A DNA stretch of 64,000 nucleotides, taken from Adineta vaga. Its lineage: Eukaryota; Animalia; Rotifera. The position numbers and the translations under genes are program-made. A model generated the notes under the pieces. It did no database searches. It had not been told where the DNA came from and saw only the letters and a program-made list of their open reading frames with translations. The first letter of the stretch is position 1. Each line of letters begins with the position of its first letter. The stretch is from assembly GCA_021613535.1 (NCBI GenBank), contig CP075496.1, positions 14,694,001 through 14,758,000 on the forward strand, read 5' to 3'. Positions 25,501 to 38,734 of this stretch are shown here, in pieces.

Positions 25501-28500
25501 CTGGATATCAAATCGAATCAAATTATCATTCGGCGACTAAAGTGTTTTAGCAAACAATTCGACGATTACGCAAAGATGAACTAAAACAAATACGATGAGT
25601 AAAAAATACAAATTGCGAACTCTTATCACGCGAGGAAGAATATTTTGCAGAACTATACAATCCGACCAACAGTCATGGCAACGACATAAACCAGCAAATA
25701 TCAGGTGTTCCAAATGGTATTACAGTGGGTGAAGTCTCATCTGCAATCAAATCATTAAAATCTAGTAAAACGGCTAGTATTGATGAAATTATACCGGAGA
25801 TGTTGAAAGCACTTAACAATGTGGAAAACGGTGGCTAACTCGAATCTGTGGAGTGATATGGAAAACTGGTGATCAAAGAGAGTACTCTAACTACAGAGGA
25901 ATCACTCTGCTGAGCCGTCCTGGTAAAGTTTTTACTAGAATTATTGAACGAAGTTGCTGGCAGATCGTCGAACCTCAAATCCAAGAAAATCAATGCGGCT
26001 TTCGTGCTGGCAGAAGCACAATCAACCAAATATTTACTTTACAACAAATAATCGAAACTCTTGGGAGTTCGCCCAACCAATCTATTCCCTACTCATAGAT
26101 TTGCAAAAAGGAATACGATCGAGTGCCACGTAATATACTTTGGAATGTACTAAAAAGAATTTAGTTTTCAAGATCAACTATTATCATGAATACAATCTCT
26201 GTACAAAAACTGTCAAAGCTGTGTTTGAATAAATGGAAGGAAATCGGACTACTTTCAAGTTCAAGTTGGTTTACGTCAAGGTGGATTCTCTTTTGTTTGC
26301 TGACTACATTGCGCGATTGGCGACATAAAAGAACAGTTTACAAATGACCCTCAATGAGATTTCTTGGTAGAATCTCTGGTTTAACACTACGCGACAAAAT
26401 ACGTAGTACAGTATCAGAGGATTTTTACTAATAGAAGCACTTTTTCAACATACTGAACGATCTCAACTACGATGACTCGAACATGTAATTAGAATGCAAC
26501 ACAATCAATTTTGGTACCAAATATTCGCAGCAAAACCAACCGAAGAAAGACCCGTTGAACCACCGCGAACAAGCTGGCGAAAATATTAAAAAAAACTGTC
26601 TGAAGCCTTTAAACCTCCAGTGGCGTGATTTACAACAAGCAGCAGTTGGTCGCATTCGATGGAAACCACTAGTGAGCGTGCTTATACCCAGACCCGCAAG
26701 GATAAGGGGAAGAAAATGAATGAATGAATTATTCTGTGATGTAACAAATAGCGAAGGTGTACAGCTAAGATTTCAAGAGAAGTCAAGGACTTGTCAACTA
26801 GCAACAGAAACTCGTATTTTATCATGAAAACCAATAACAATTAGAAAAATAGGCATTTTCAATGATTTGAATTTTTTTCTAAATGGAAAAGACCGGTAAA
26901 AACCGGTGAAGATCGGCCGATCTGAAAAGTTGAACTGGACTGAACCGATCCGGTTCCAAGTCTGAGACGTATTAGATAGTGCCTTTTTTCTCGAGCACAG
27001 TCACGATCATATGGTCATGTAATACATTAATATCATCCTATCCATCAAAACACTCTTTTTACCATCGTATAGAGCCTTAAATTCTTTTCAAAACTACACA
27101 CCAATACCTTCGAAAAACAATCTCAGTAGAACCGCTGATGAACACTTACTTTTTAATGGCATCGTCATGTGCCTTAAGAAACTACAATCAATAGCGATTT
27201 TTCTTGCACTGACATATCGATCATGTTAAACGTGATGTGCTAGTCTATAAACACGCCCTAACAAGCAGCAATAAAATGTTTAAGAATTAAGGGAATGTCG
27301 TGTCTTGCTGTTTCTTAAGTATAAACACAAGTTTTCTTCTGTAATTTTGTTAATGAAAATTCGATCATTCAAAATTTTGGTCATTTTTAAAATAAAGGGT
27401 GGAGATATATATATATAAAGAGTCTCATATAGATGTAGAACTTCTCACACTGAATCTGCTGACATATTTTGTTGCATCCTACGAAACAGTAATAAATAAA
27501 TAGAATGAAAACTGCCGTCATTCATAAATAGGCATGCAACCACACCGGTGAACCAGCGAGATTGGTGGTTTTATAGACAATGAATTGTCACTTACTTCTA
27601 AAGCAAAGTCATTGGCATGTTAACAGACCAAGATTTTTGTCAGGATCGCCATCTATAACAGACAGACGATCCTTAGCAAGTTAGTAGTTTATTCACTGTT
27701 TGTTTTCGTTCGCTCGTCTTTTTCATGAACAAAATAAAGGTTTTCCTAGATTTTTAACCACTTCTACAGCATTCTTTCGTTTTTCACAGGCATGGGTCCG
27801 AACAGTTTCCTGTTCTACCTTTTTAAACACACGTTTTAAAGAGGATCCTCTAGTACGTCATTAAAAAATTTATATTTTTATATGCAGATAGCAATGAATT
27901 TCATGAGTAGTATATTTGAAATTTATTGGACTGTAAACGTCAAAAAGAAAAGATAGATGCATTATTGGTCTGGACAATTTTAACGAAAGAAGAAAGATAC
28001 TCTTCGATTAATTTTTGAAAATACATTTACAGAAGATGTAAAGAACTAATTGATATACGTATGAGAAAATAATGGTAGTCTTCTAATCCCTCTCTTAGAT
28101 AATTTATTTCAAACGGATTTTTTTATTGAGGAATGGTCTTCTAATGATAGGTGTCTTCTAATATGTCCATGGCTTTAGAGCAACAAGATATTGCTGGACA
28201 TTTCAGTTACTATTAAATGAAAGACTCGAAGTATTTTTCGTTGGTTCATCGTCATTGTTGTATGCTTATTCATATTGTCCGTGTCGTCGCATTTTTATAG
28301 CTTTTCGTATCTCGTTAGTTTTATCCTTTTTCATATATTTCTAAAATAGTTTATTAGAGAATTTGAGGCGCTCTATTTTCAACGAAAAAGAATGTTTTAA
28401 TGAACGAAATAACCGGGCAGCAACATGAAAAATGTTCAGAGACTCATTTTTCGCAAGACATTCATTAGTTTGACATACTTACCATAAGAATATCAGCACG

Positions 28501-31500
28501 CAGAATATGCCAATCACCTGTTAATGCATCTAATTCAACTTCTGTGACAGCAGCACCTTGTGTAAAATAGTGAAAAGTTGCTTTATTTTGAAGAAAATCT
28601 GCACCTATTGGTTCTGGTGTTGCATAATGTCCATGTGCTGATAAACCAATACGTGAAAAATATGCTTTTTTAATAAGATCTTTCCATGACAGATCTGAAT
28701 CATCAACGAGAAGTTTATTTAATCGTTCACGTATTTCTTCACATGCAATCCGAATAGCCATACCATTCAAATCCGAAGAAGCCGATGCTGCGGTTGGACT
28801 TGTATTAGGTACTTTATCAGTTGCTGTTTCACTAATGTGTATTCGACTAACATCACAACCCAACACTTCAGCGGCTACAGATACCATTTTAGTATGAAGA
28901 CCTTGACCCATCTCTGTTCCTGAGTTTCAAAGAAAAGTCTATTTCTAATGTTCTCGAAAATGTTCTCATTTCATACCTCCGTGGCTAATTAATACCGACC
29001 CATCCTTATAGATATGAACTAAAGCACCTGCTTGATTAAGAAATTTCGCTGTAAATCCAATACCAAATTTTGTTGGAAGAATTGCCATACCTCGTTTTCT
29101 ATATTTATTTAATGTATTAAATTCTTCAATATTTTTCTGTCGTTGAATAAAATCACTTGATTTAAGAAGTTCATCCATTAACCGAGGTACGTTCCAGTGT
29201 TCTAACGTTTGACCAAAATGTGTTATATCTCCCTCTTTATACATATTTAAGCGGCGAATAACAAGTGGATCAAGTTTAAGATATGTTGCGACATGATCAA
29301 TAATTATCTCGCAACCAAAAAGACCTTGTGGGCCACCAAAACCACGAAAAGCTACATTAAGAAAAATTCTGAAATCGTAACTATATCGCACAAAATAAAC
29401 CTGTATTTGATGGTAGATGTGTCTTACATAAACGTCCGCGTACTCGAATATTTGGAAATCGATAAGTATTATCAACATGTAACATTGCACGCTGTAAAAT
29501 CGGTAATGACAAATCAAATGAGCATCCAGCGTTAGACCATAAAAACATATCAAGTGCTGTAAATAGACCTTGCTTTGTAAAACCAATTTTGTATTCAATT
29601 TTAAATGGATGACGTTGACCAGTAATAGTCATATCAACATCACGTTCTATATTTAAACGAACAGGACGAGCAACTTTTACAGCAGCTATAGCTATAGCCA
29701 CACATGGAGTAATTCTACATTAAAACTTTAAATATCGAACAAAAATTGGCAGATCCATTTCACTTACGATCTTGATTCTTTCCCGCCAAATCCTCCACCC
29801 ATACGTTTAACATAACATGTAACATGACTAACATCATAGCCAAGTGCTAATGCAGTTAATTCCTGAGTTTTACTTGGATTCTGTGTTGATGAATACAATG
29901 CAATTTCTAATCCATCATTTGATGGTATAGCCATGCAACAGTTTGTTTCTAAGTAGAAATGCTCTTGACCACCAATTAAAGTAGTTCCCTCAAGAATATG
30001 TTCAGCTTCATCAAGACTTCTTTCAACATCATTTTGTCGAAGACATTGCTGTTCTCCCAAATACGATTCATGTTTGATGGCACTATCAATTGTAAATACT
30101 GTTGGTGTTAGCAGTTCATACTCAATATGAACAAGATTAGCAGCTTTACGCGCATCTTGTTCATTTTCACATAAAACAACACCAATAATAGCACCAGCAC
30201 ATGGTGTTATTGATGAAACGAATATTTCTTCATCACATACAACATCACCTGTCATGTTACTACCACAAATATCATTATGATTAATAAATGAAATGAATCC
30301 AGGCACTTTAGATGCAGCGTCAAGACCTATTCAGAGTTAACAAGAATATTTTTTTGTTCAAATCAATATATAAAGACCCATTTTACCAATATGCTTTATT
30401 CTCGCATTTGGATGTGTTGCAAGTACTAACGCAGCATGCAGAGTATTAGGCAATGAAGGCATATCGTCAATATATTTCGCTTCACCTGTTGTGTGTAAAT
30501 AAGCTGAACGATGTGATAAAGATGAGCCTATGACTTTTAGTGAAGATGGTCGCGTAGGAAATGTCTGTTGACCATGAGATATTGTTCGTTCATAAGCATA
30601 AGCGGCTGAAATATCTCTCGAATCAACAGATGATTGATGTAATTCAGAACAAACATTAAGATAAAATTTAAGAAGAAATGATTGAACTAATGTGCGTCTG
30701 AAAAACAAACATACCATATATCATCATTAATTTATTCATAATAGTTTTGCGTAGTCTGCGGTACCTTTGCGAAGCCTTCAAAATTCTATATTACGGTACA
30801 GTTGTATGAGATATTAATTACTTTACTAAACCACCTTCCGGGTGGATGGAGTATAGTGTAAGGGTGTGAGTATCTCTCTTCTCTTCTCTTCACCTTCACT
30901 CACATCTTTGATATTTCATCGGTTGAACGTACCTGAATTTTTAAAATAGAAAGGTTCGAAATGATACAATCGATCTGATTCAAATTGTCAAGCTTTTTGA
31001 CAATGTATCGGGTAGTTTATTTCGTTTTTAATAAATAGTACTAAATGATACATTATCGACGTACGAAACAATAATTTAGGTTGTATCATCTATTTTTGCA
31101 AAAAAATTTAAACCACCTTTCTGTAATTTAGCAATTTTTACAGTAGGACGAAAGAAAATGAAATGAAAACAGTATGGTTTGGGAGAGTGATCGATTCCCA
31201 ATTCAAATGTATCAGAATACAGAATTCTCGTGTTTTTACATAGGTAAAGCAGACTACACAAAACCATTAACAATAACTTCATCATGGTGTATATAATTAC
31301 TATCATTAATATCAAATATTTCTTTAGAATATAGATACCTGTATTCTGGTCGACCGCCTGGAGTAATTTCATCTAGTGGCATTTCTTTTAATGCTAACTC
31401 ACACGCTTTATCAATACTTTCTTTTGCCCATATTTGTCCAGTTAATTCTTGTTGAGTATATTTTAGTAAAATTGTTGTTGGCCCCATCCCACCAAATGAA

Positions 31501-33495
31501 AATCGCGCATTAACTATGCGCCATTGTTGCGTATGTGAAGAATTTATTGATCGAAGTTCAACTTGAAGACCAGCACTAACGATACTAATGTCATCATTAC
31601 GACGACGTGCTTGTTTATATGAACGAAGAAATGTTTCATTTTTGGATGATGGAATCGGTATATGAACATAAACAAGTACTTCATCATCGGTCATTGCAAC
31701 ATGACGATAACCAAGAAAAAAATCTCGTAACGGTACAAACCGAACTAAATTTGCTTTAGTTCTATGCAATTCTACAGTAGCATCAGCAGCTTGAAGAATT
31801 GGATTAATATCAGAACTAAAACAAACAGAAGAATAATTTTAATTTTGCTTATTATTTGTATTGATTTACATTGGTGAAGCATTAACAATATTTCCTCCAA
31901 GCGAAGCAACATTTCGAATTTGTCTTGATGCAAAGTATTTTAATTGATCAATTAATGCTTGACATATTCCACCATCAACTTTTTGATTATTCCATTCTGT
32001 AAGTTTCACTTGTAAATGCGTTAATGTAACACCAGCACCAATAACTAATGATTTTGATGTGCGTTTAAATTGTTGAAGTTCTTCTATGCGTGTTAGAGAT
32101 ATGTAACGTGAGTATTTTAAACATTTCAGTTTGGTTTCGATCTCAACTTCTGTATTGCCAAAAATGAGTTTTGATGCGTTACCTGGATAAGTATGACGTA
32201 AATGAAGTAATTCGTTAAGATTAATAGGGCAGTACCATTCAAATAATGCCGCTGAATCAAAAGAAATATTTTAATTATATTCTATGATTAGTTTTTAATT
32301 AATAAACCTTTTATGTGTATTGATTGAGGAGTATCGTAAAATAATTCTTTAGGAAATTGCATTTGATTTAGTTCTTGATCATTTTCTTTAACAAATGAAA
32401 GGCATTTATCCAGTGTAGTTGATATTGGTTTCAACGTTAAAGGATCCTTCCCTGGTAATTTATAGATATCATTTGCAAATGTTTTTGCTGCATCAAGAAT
32501 TGGTCGATAGCCCGTACAACGACAAAGGTTTCCATCAAAAGCTTCTTCGATATCTCGTATTGTTAAACATGACTGTGAAGAATATGATGATGCTACTTTT
32601 CCATATAATGACATAACGATGCCAGGTGTACAAAAACCACACTGAGATCCATAAAAATCAGCTAGACGAGATTGAGTTGGATGAAGATTTGCTTTAGCAA
32701 CTGAACCTAAGCCTTCGACAGTCACTATGTGACATCCGTCGACGGAACCGATCGGTGTAAGACAAGCATTAACGGTTCGATGATCGAGAGAACCAGAATG
32801 TCGATCAAGACATTGAATTACTAGAACTGTGCATGCACCACATCCACCTTCACCACAACCCAATTTTGAACCAGTTAAATTCAATTCTATATACAATATA
32901 AATAGAGTAATTAAAAAGTTCTGCCATTTTCTCATATTGATACAGTGAAACGATATTGCATCTATCTTTCTAGACCATGTAGGCGAGACAGTTGTTGCAT
33001 TATTCTATGGAAAGTTTCATCTTTGTAGCTAACTACTAGTGTATCTTTCTGAATCAACGAATTGGTAAAAAACTGACTCTGTCGATTATTGATTAAAATT
33101 TACTAGACTGTTAACTGTTAGATATTTGATAAACTTCTAAGAACGAAGAGATTTTACGTGATGCTGTGAGGATGTGTGGGTATTTTTTTCTTTAATCACT
33201 CACACCCACACCCTTGCTGACTTTCTAGCTTAGCTAAAATTAAGAAAAATTTCACATCGAACACAATCAAAATTCTTCTTTCAAAAAAGGGACAGCAAAT
33301 TCTTAGAATGAGCGCTACTTATTTATACATAGCAAAATAACGGTACAATCGAAGAAGACTCTTACTATTTCTAAGGTACCATAGAAGTGTCCAATTAGGC
33401 TCAATATAATCTTCAATAATTTTTTGTCCATTAACATAAAACAGAAGATAATCTTTTGATGAAGGTTTGGATTGTTGTCTTGTTTCTTCCATCAT
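22557..33495 (-). CDS. XDH: Xanthine dehydrogenase (molybdo-flavoenzyme), complete, 10 exons
   Basis: Exon 1 33495-33366 MMEE...FYVNG...WYLRN; 2Fe-2S KLGCGEGGCGAC, QCGFCTPG, GNLCRCTGY; FAD domain; Moco motifs GGQEHFYLE, GGGFGGKE, AFRGFGGPQ, GTEMGQG, AVGEPP; Glu802/Arg880/Glu1261 equivalents retained; last intron 23028-28482. Confidence 0.95.
23384..26964. mobile_element. hAT-type non-autonomous element in the last XDH intron, interrupted by a LINE
   Basis: TIR CAGAGTTAGAACCGG / CCGGTTCCAAGTCTG; 8-bp TSD AGACGTAG/AGACGTAT; subterminal ACCGG repeats. Confidence 0.7.
24175..26730 (+). mobile_element. Degenerate RTE-clade LINE (APE endonuclease + RT)
   Basis: IGTWNV, YAP, DFNAH, DYI, TDHH endonuclease motifs; NYRGITLLS..GKVF and QCGFRAGRST..QIFTL RT motifs; (TGAA)n tail; TSD ATTCTGTAATG/ATTCTGTGATG; many frameshifts. 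Confidence 0.9.
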
Positions 33496-34447
33496 TCAGT
33501 TCGAGTTTTATTCTAAATACATTTAAGGATTAATTCTGAGGGAAACCAAAGGGGATTTTTTGTGCGAAAAAGCAAATGTCGAACCAGTTTTTTGCGCTGA
33601 TTCATTATACGCCAATAATTTAGAGGGCTTATCCTACGAAGTAGGTCGAAATCTGTCAAACCTTGGAGAAAGCGTAGGAAATATGGTATGAAAAACTGTA
33701 CGATCAACTATATTTCACGTAGCAAACTCGGTAGACTATGACATCCTTCACAAAGTTTCGAGATCTATATGACATGAAAATCCGATAAAAAATACAGAAA
33801 CAGGTATTTTGTTTTTTTCGAGATAATGTGCAAAGACTAGGTTATCAAGCACCATATGAGGCGATAAAGAGGTGATAATTCGAGAAACTACCTCTTTTAC
33901 TCACTTGTACTACTTTAGAATCTCAAGAATATTAATTATTGTGTACAGTGGTATTAGTTTTTGAATCCTCTGTGAGAGTGCCAGTGATATTTCTTGAAGA
34001 TATGCATGTGTAAGTAGGATATTGTATGATGAAAATCATGGAAATTACACTCAAACGCTATGTACAACTGAGGCTTCATTTTCGCTAAAAATGTAGATCA
34101 GAAACAACCAAAATTATTGTAGTGTTCTCCGAATCGAAATCTATCGATGTATGTAGTTTCTAAAAGTTTCCGCCGACAAAAAAGTGAGTGCGCCGATTTA
34201 CGGTCTTAAAGGCCTCCGTCCTTTCCTGCCCTTAAATGCTTCAACGCTCTTTTCATATCGTGTTTCACCAAAACCTCTAAAGATTTTTCACCAATCTAAT
34301 ATCTTTTTTTCTTAAACAGAAAAACGAGTAAGTCATATCATGAGATAAATAATACATGAATGTTGTTTTTCTTTTATTTTGCCCGTCTCACCTCTTTTTT
34401 GACGACTGCATCGCAACTAAGGCGCAGTTATCGCTTTCCTCTAGGAA

Positions 34448-36344
34448 GCATTGCACGTAAGCGGCACCTTACGCTGCGCGATGATCATCTCCGATGGGGC
34501 TCACATTTTCACAGTAGGTAGACCATACTGAGTTATGAAAAAGTCCAACGTTTCAGCACAATCGAACAAGCCGTTCTTGAGATATAAGCATAATGTGTAG
34601 TGCATATTTGAAGGCATTCTTAGTCGAAATGTTAAGACTAAAATTTCAATATGTCAAGAATGATAAAAGATAGAACCGAGATATTTTTATCATAAACACT
34701 ACTAGTGGTGGGCTATTGGTCTAACTTTTCCCCTTTGGTAGTACACGCCCCCTGGGGTAGGTATCCAGAGCACATTGATAGGATCAGCGAAGTGTATTAT
34801 TTTAAGACTATAGTCTCATCTGGAAGAGCACATCAGAATGCATCGATTTATGTCTTCAAAAGTTTGTACAAATGAATTTTTTTATAGAAAAGTTTTCAAC
34901 AAGGTGTATCATGTCACATAGGATGACGGTAAATAGTAGCACTCAATATTTTAAGAGTCCTTTGAGAAAAATGTTTTGCTCTTCAAAAACTAACTTCATA
35001 TTCTGATAGCCCATGAAAGTCTGAACCGTCTGATATCTAATTCAAATGACAAGATAGTGCCCATCCATGTTCTGTATAACTCATATTGTATACATCCACT
35101 GATAAATGCATGGAGAACGATTCATATTTAGCTACTTCAGCTTTATTGTAGCATCTGAGAAAAAAATTAATGTTATCTTCAGAATCAGCGTGAAAAACTG
35201 TAGCAAGAAACATGCTTTTCTGAAAAACAAAAGAATTTTTATGCATATCAAGTCCGAGGGGGACCACAGTCCATTTTTTGGTGGAAAAGTCCTTGTAAAG
35301 GGGTACAGGCGAATTCTTCGATAGCTTTTTTTCATAAAATATATGCCATCTAGGGTTGTTTTTTGTGTTGATTCCGAATATGCCAGTTATTTTGTTAGAA
35401 ACGAGCCCAATATAATGAAAATGCCTAGATATTGATAATTTTAGACACTTTCCTCACTACATGCATCCAATATGAGTCCTATAAAACATTAGTCGGCACT
35501 AGAGGTGTAAGCCGACGTCTGGATCGGCGGCGGCGGCGGCAATTTTTCAGTCAGTTGCGTAAAATTCTTAAGCCAAAAACACGAAAAACTGTCATACAGA
35601 GTGTTATAATAAGAAACTAGACCAGAACAAATCTAAAAGCTGGTTTGGAACACTAGAAATAGAGAACGTCAGATCTTTTTATTTCTATCACGGCGGCGGC
35701 GGCTCAGCCGCCTGGCTTACACCTCTAATGGGCACTATCTTGTCATTTGAATTAGATATCAGACGGTTCAGACTTTCATGGGCTATCAGAATATGAAGTT
35801 AGTTTTTGAAGAGCAAAACATTTTTCTCAAAGGACTCTTAAAATATTGAGTGCTACTATTTACCGTCATCCTATGTGACATGATACACCTTGTTGAAAAC
35901 TTTTCTATAAAAAAATTCATTTGTACAAACTTTTGAAGACATAAATCGATGCATTCTGATGTGCTCTTCCAGATGAGACTATAGTCTTAAAATAATACAC
36001 TTCGCTGATCCTATCAATGTGCTCTGGATACCTACCCCAGGGGGCGTGTACTACCAAAGGGGAAAAGTTAGACCAATAGCCCACCACTAGTAGTGTTTAT
36101 GATAAAAATATCTCGGTTCTATCTTTTATCATTCTTGACATATTGAAATTTTAGTCTTAACATTTCGACTAAGAATGCCTTCAAATATGCACTACACATT
36201 ATGCTTATATCTCAAGAACGGCTTGTTCGATTGTGCTGAAACGTTGGACTTTTTCATAACTCAGTATGGTCTACCTACTGTGAAAATGTGAGCCCCATCG
36301 GAGATGATCATCGCGCAGCGTAAGGTGCCGCTTACGTGCAATGC
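34448..36344. repeat. Large inverted repeat: ~617-bp arms (34448-35064 / 35728-36344) with a 663-bp spacer
   Basis: GCATTGCACGTAAGCGG...GATAGTGCCCAT is mirrored by ATGGGCACTATC...CCGCTTACGTGCAATGC; no mismatches noticed by eye. Confidence 0.9.
35500..35727. mobile_element. 228-bp MITE, hAT-like
   Basis: Perfect 14-bp TIR TAGAGGTGTAAGCC; (CGG)n subterminal runs; imperfect 8-bp flanks GTCGGCAC/ATGGGCAC. Confidence 0.75.
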
Positions 36345-36620
36345 CTCCTGGATTATCTAGTGGATAATTTTGAATATTAATGAGTATGATCGTTTTTGAA
36401 GTATAAAATAAGATGTAATAGACATGCATGCTCGTTTTTTCGATTTTCACCTAACCGATCGCTTAGTATTTCACCTGCCAATTTTGAAAGGTAAGTGGTA
36501 CTAAACACATAAGAGTCAGTCATAGGTGAGTGGGCGTAGTTACTGCTAAGAATTGCGCCGTCAATGACACTGGCCCACTTTCGTATGTTATACGGTTAAT
36601 TATAGATATTTTTTGTATAT

Positions 36621-37625
36621 GGGTGTTTCCATCGTACTTGTGACACGTTTACACCGAACCTCACCAAATTGTTTGAAAGTTTCAGGGGTTGTGTAATAAC
36701 CATTTTTAAGACTTTTTCACTCTTGGACGAAAGTCATGCCACCTCTTGCTGAGGAACTGCAGCCCAAATACCATGTACTCTCCGGAACGATTTTTTCAAG
36801 CAATTTATCCGTATAAACGACGTAGTTTTGTACCACTCTATGCTATAGAAATTCTGATGATAGATTCGGATTCCTCATCACCAAGTCTATCAGAATCACT
36901 ATTTGTTTTTAAATTTTTGAAGGGGGGTTGCTAGAAATCCTATTATACAGGTGGCGTTTCCAGGCCCCAAAACTCGTTTAATAGAGGACTCTGGACATAG
37001 TGAAGTGTCACGTTTGATAGAGGAACAAAAGTTCTGTCGAAACATATATTTGCCGCCGGGAGGGAGTGAGTTTTTCCCGAAGTCGGATTTTCAACGACCT
37101 TCACATAGTTTTTTCTGACATCATAAATTTTTTTCCGTCAAAAATCCGACTTCGGGAAAAACTCACTCCCTCCCGGCGGCAAATATATGTTTCGACAGAA
37201 CTTTTGTTCCTCTATCAAACGTGACACTTCACTATGTCCAGAGTCCTCTATTAAACGAGTTTTGGGGCCTGGAAACGCCACCTGTATAATAGGATTTCTA
37301 GCAACCCCCCTTCAAAAATTTAAAAACAAATAGTGATTCTGATAGACTTGGTGATGAGGAATCCGAATCTATCATCAGAATTTCTATAGCATAGAGTGGT
37401 ACAAAACTACGTCGTTTATACGGATAAATTGCTTGAAAAAATCGTTCCGGAGAGTACATGGTATTTGGGCTGCAGTTCCTCAGCAAGAGGTGGCATGACT
37501 TTCGTCCAAGAGTGAAAAAGTCTTAAAAATGGTTATTACACAACCCCTGAAACTTTCAAACAATTTGGTGAGGTTCGGTGTAAACGTGTCACAACTTGTG
37601 ACTCACAAGTACGATGGAAACACCC
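36621..37625. mobile_element. Foldback element, ~470-bp TIRs and a 49-bp spacer
   Basis: GGGTGTTTCCATCG...GTCGGATTTT mirrored from 37141; ATAT (or TA) direct flanks; 14-bp extra insert in the right arm; identical ORFs on both strands in the track. Confidence 0.85.
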
Positions 37626-37915
37626 ATATTCTGTTTCTTTTCAAATTTTTAATAAATATGAGGGAATAAATTATAACCAGTCTTAATTTGGGCAGTTTTA
37701 TAATCAATGATTACGATAATAATGATTAGAATAATGTCGAAATATGAATGAGCGATAATACGATCATTACGCCGCAACTGCGGTACAACTGCGATTTGTT
37801 TTCGCAATTTTATTGCAATCGAAAAGACGGGTAGCCTTCATTTAGTTTTAATATAAAACTCGCGCGCTGCATAACGATATGTATCCTATCAGTATACGAA
37901 TCGATAACTTCGTCA

Positions 37916-38734
37916 ATGAGCGAGAAGGAGACGGAGCCTACATCGGCGCAAAAAGAACAACACAGAGCAGTCAGTAATTATGACGAGGATGCGCTCGCCG
38001 ATCAATACGCCAATGCCACCCATAAAACAAATCTCTACCGTCAAATCATGGACACTTTTAATATCAAACAGCTAATTGGCCGTGTTTGTCCACGTTCTTC
38101 TCAACCAATTGAAAAGATTCTTGATGTAGGCTGCGGTCAGGGTTCAGTCGCAAGACAATTAGTCCAAGATGGGGTTGCCAAATTCGTAGTTGGCGCAGAT
38201 GTGTCTAAGGACATGATTCGTTTGGCTATCGAAGCAAGCAAGGAAGATAATGAGAATTATAAATATCTAGTCCAAGATGTTCGCGACTTAACATCAAATA
38301 CAATAGGCGGTACATTTCCCATCGTCATATCGATTTATGTGTTGCAATATGCTCAAACGACCGATGATCTTTTTTCTATGTTATCTGGGATTCGTCGAGT
38401 ATGCAGCGAATTCTTCGTTGGCATCATTCCTAATCCCTTTTTCTTAACACATCAAGCTCACAAGTTCAACAAATACGGACTCAAGGTTCTTTTTCCCGAC
38501 CAACTCAAGGATGGTACCAGCTTTTCAGTTACGTTTGACTTCGATAAGCCGAACTCGTTTACAGTTACTAACTTTTGGTATACTGCTGAAACATACGAAA
38601 ATATGTTTCGAAAAGCTGGCTTTCGTACATTCGAATGGGTCGATATGCATGTCAATACCCAAGCAACGGAGGAGCAAAAAGTATTTTTCGCCGACTTTGC
38701 ACAAAAGGGTATAGGATTCGTCGCTGGCGTGTAA
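37916..38734 (+). CDS. Intronless class I SAM-dependent small-molecule methyltransferase, ToxA-like
   Basis: Motif I ILDVGCGQG, motif II VVGADVSKDMI, YLVQDV, YVLQYA, KYG and the C-terminal TYENMFRKAGFRTFEW; 272 aa, no introns. Confidence 0.85.
   Translation: MSEKETEPTSAQKEQHRAVSNYDEDALADQYANATHKTNLYRQIMDTFNIKQLIGRVCPRSSQPIEKILDVGCGQGSVARQLVQDGVAKFVVGADVSKDMIRLAIEASKEDNENYKYLVQDVRDLTSNTIGGTFPIVISIYVLQYAQTTDDLFSMLSGIRRVCSEFFVGIIPNPFFLTHQAHKFNKYGLKVLFPDQLKDGTSFSVTFDFDKPNSFTVTNFWYTAETYENMFRKAGFRTFEWVDMHVNTQATEEQKVFFADFAQKGIGFVAGV

Noticed and set aside
22557-33495. Aldehyde oxidase call, or XDH as a fragmented pseudogene
   Set aside because: Glu802 and Arg880 equivalents are present, and the junctions checked splice in frame with GT-AG
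36746-37486. Two identical 62-aa ORFs on opposite strands
   Set aside because: A consequence of the foldback arms; no recognisable protein and no ATG start
37916-38734. Methyltransferase as a DNA (N4C/N6A/5mC) methylase
   Set aside because: No SPPY/DPPY/NPPY or PC catalytic motif and no chromodomain; motifs fit small-molecule methyltransferases
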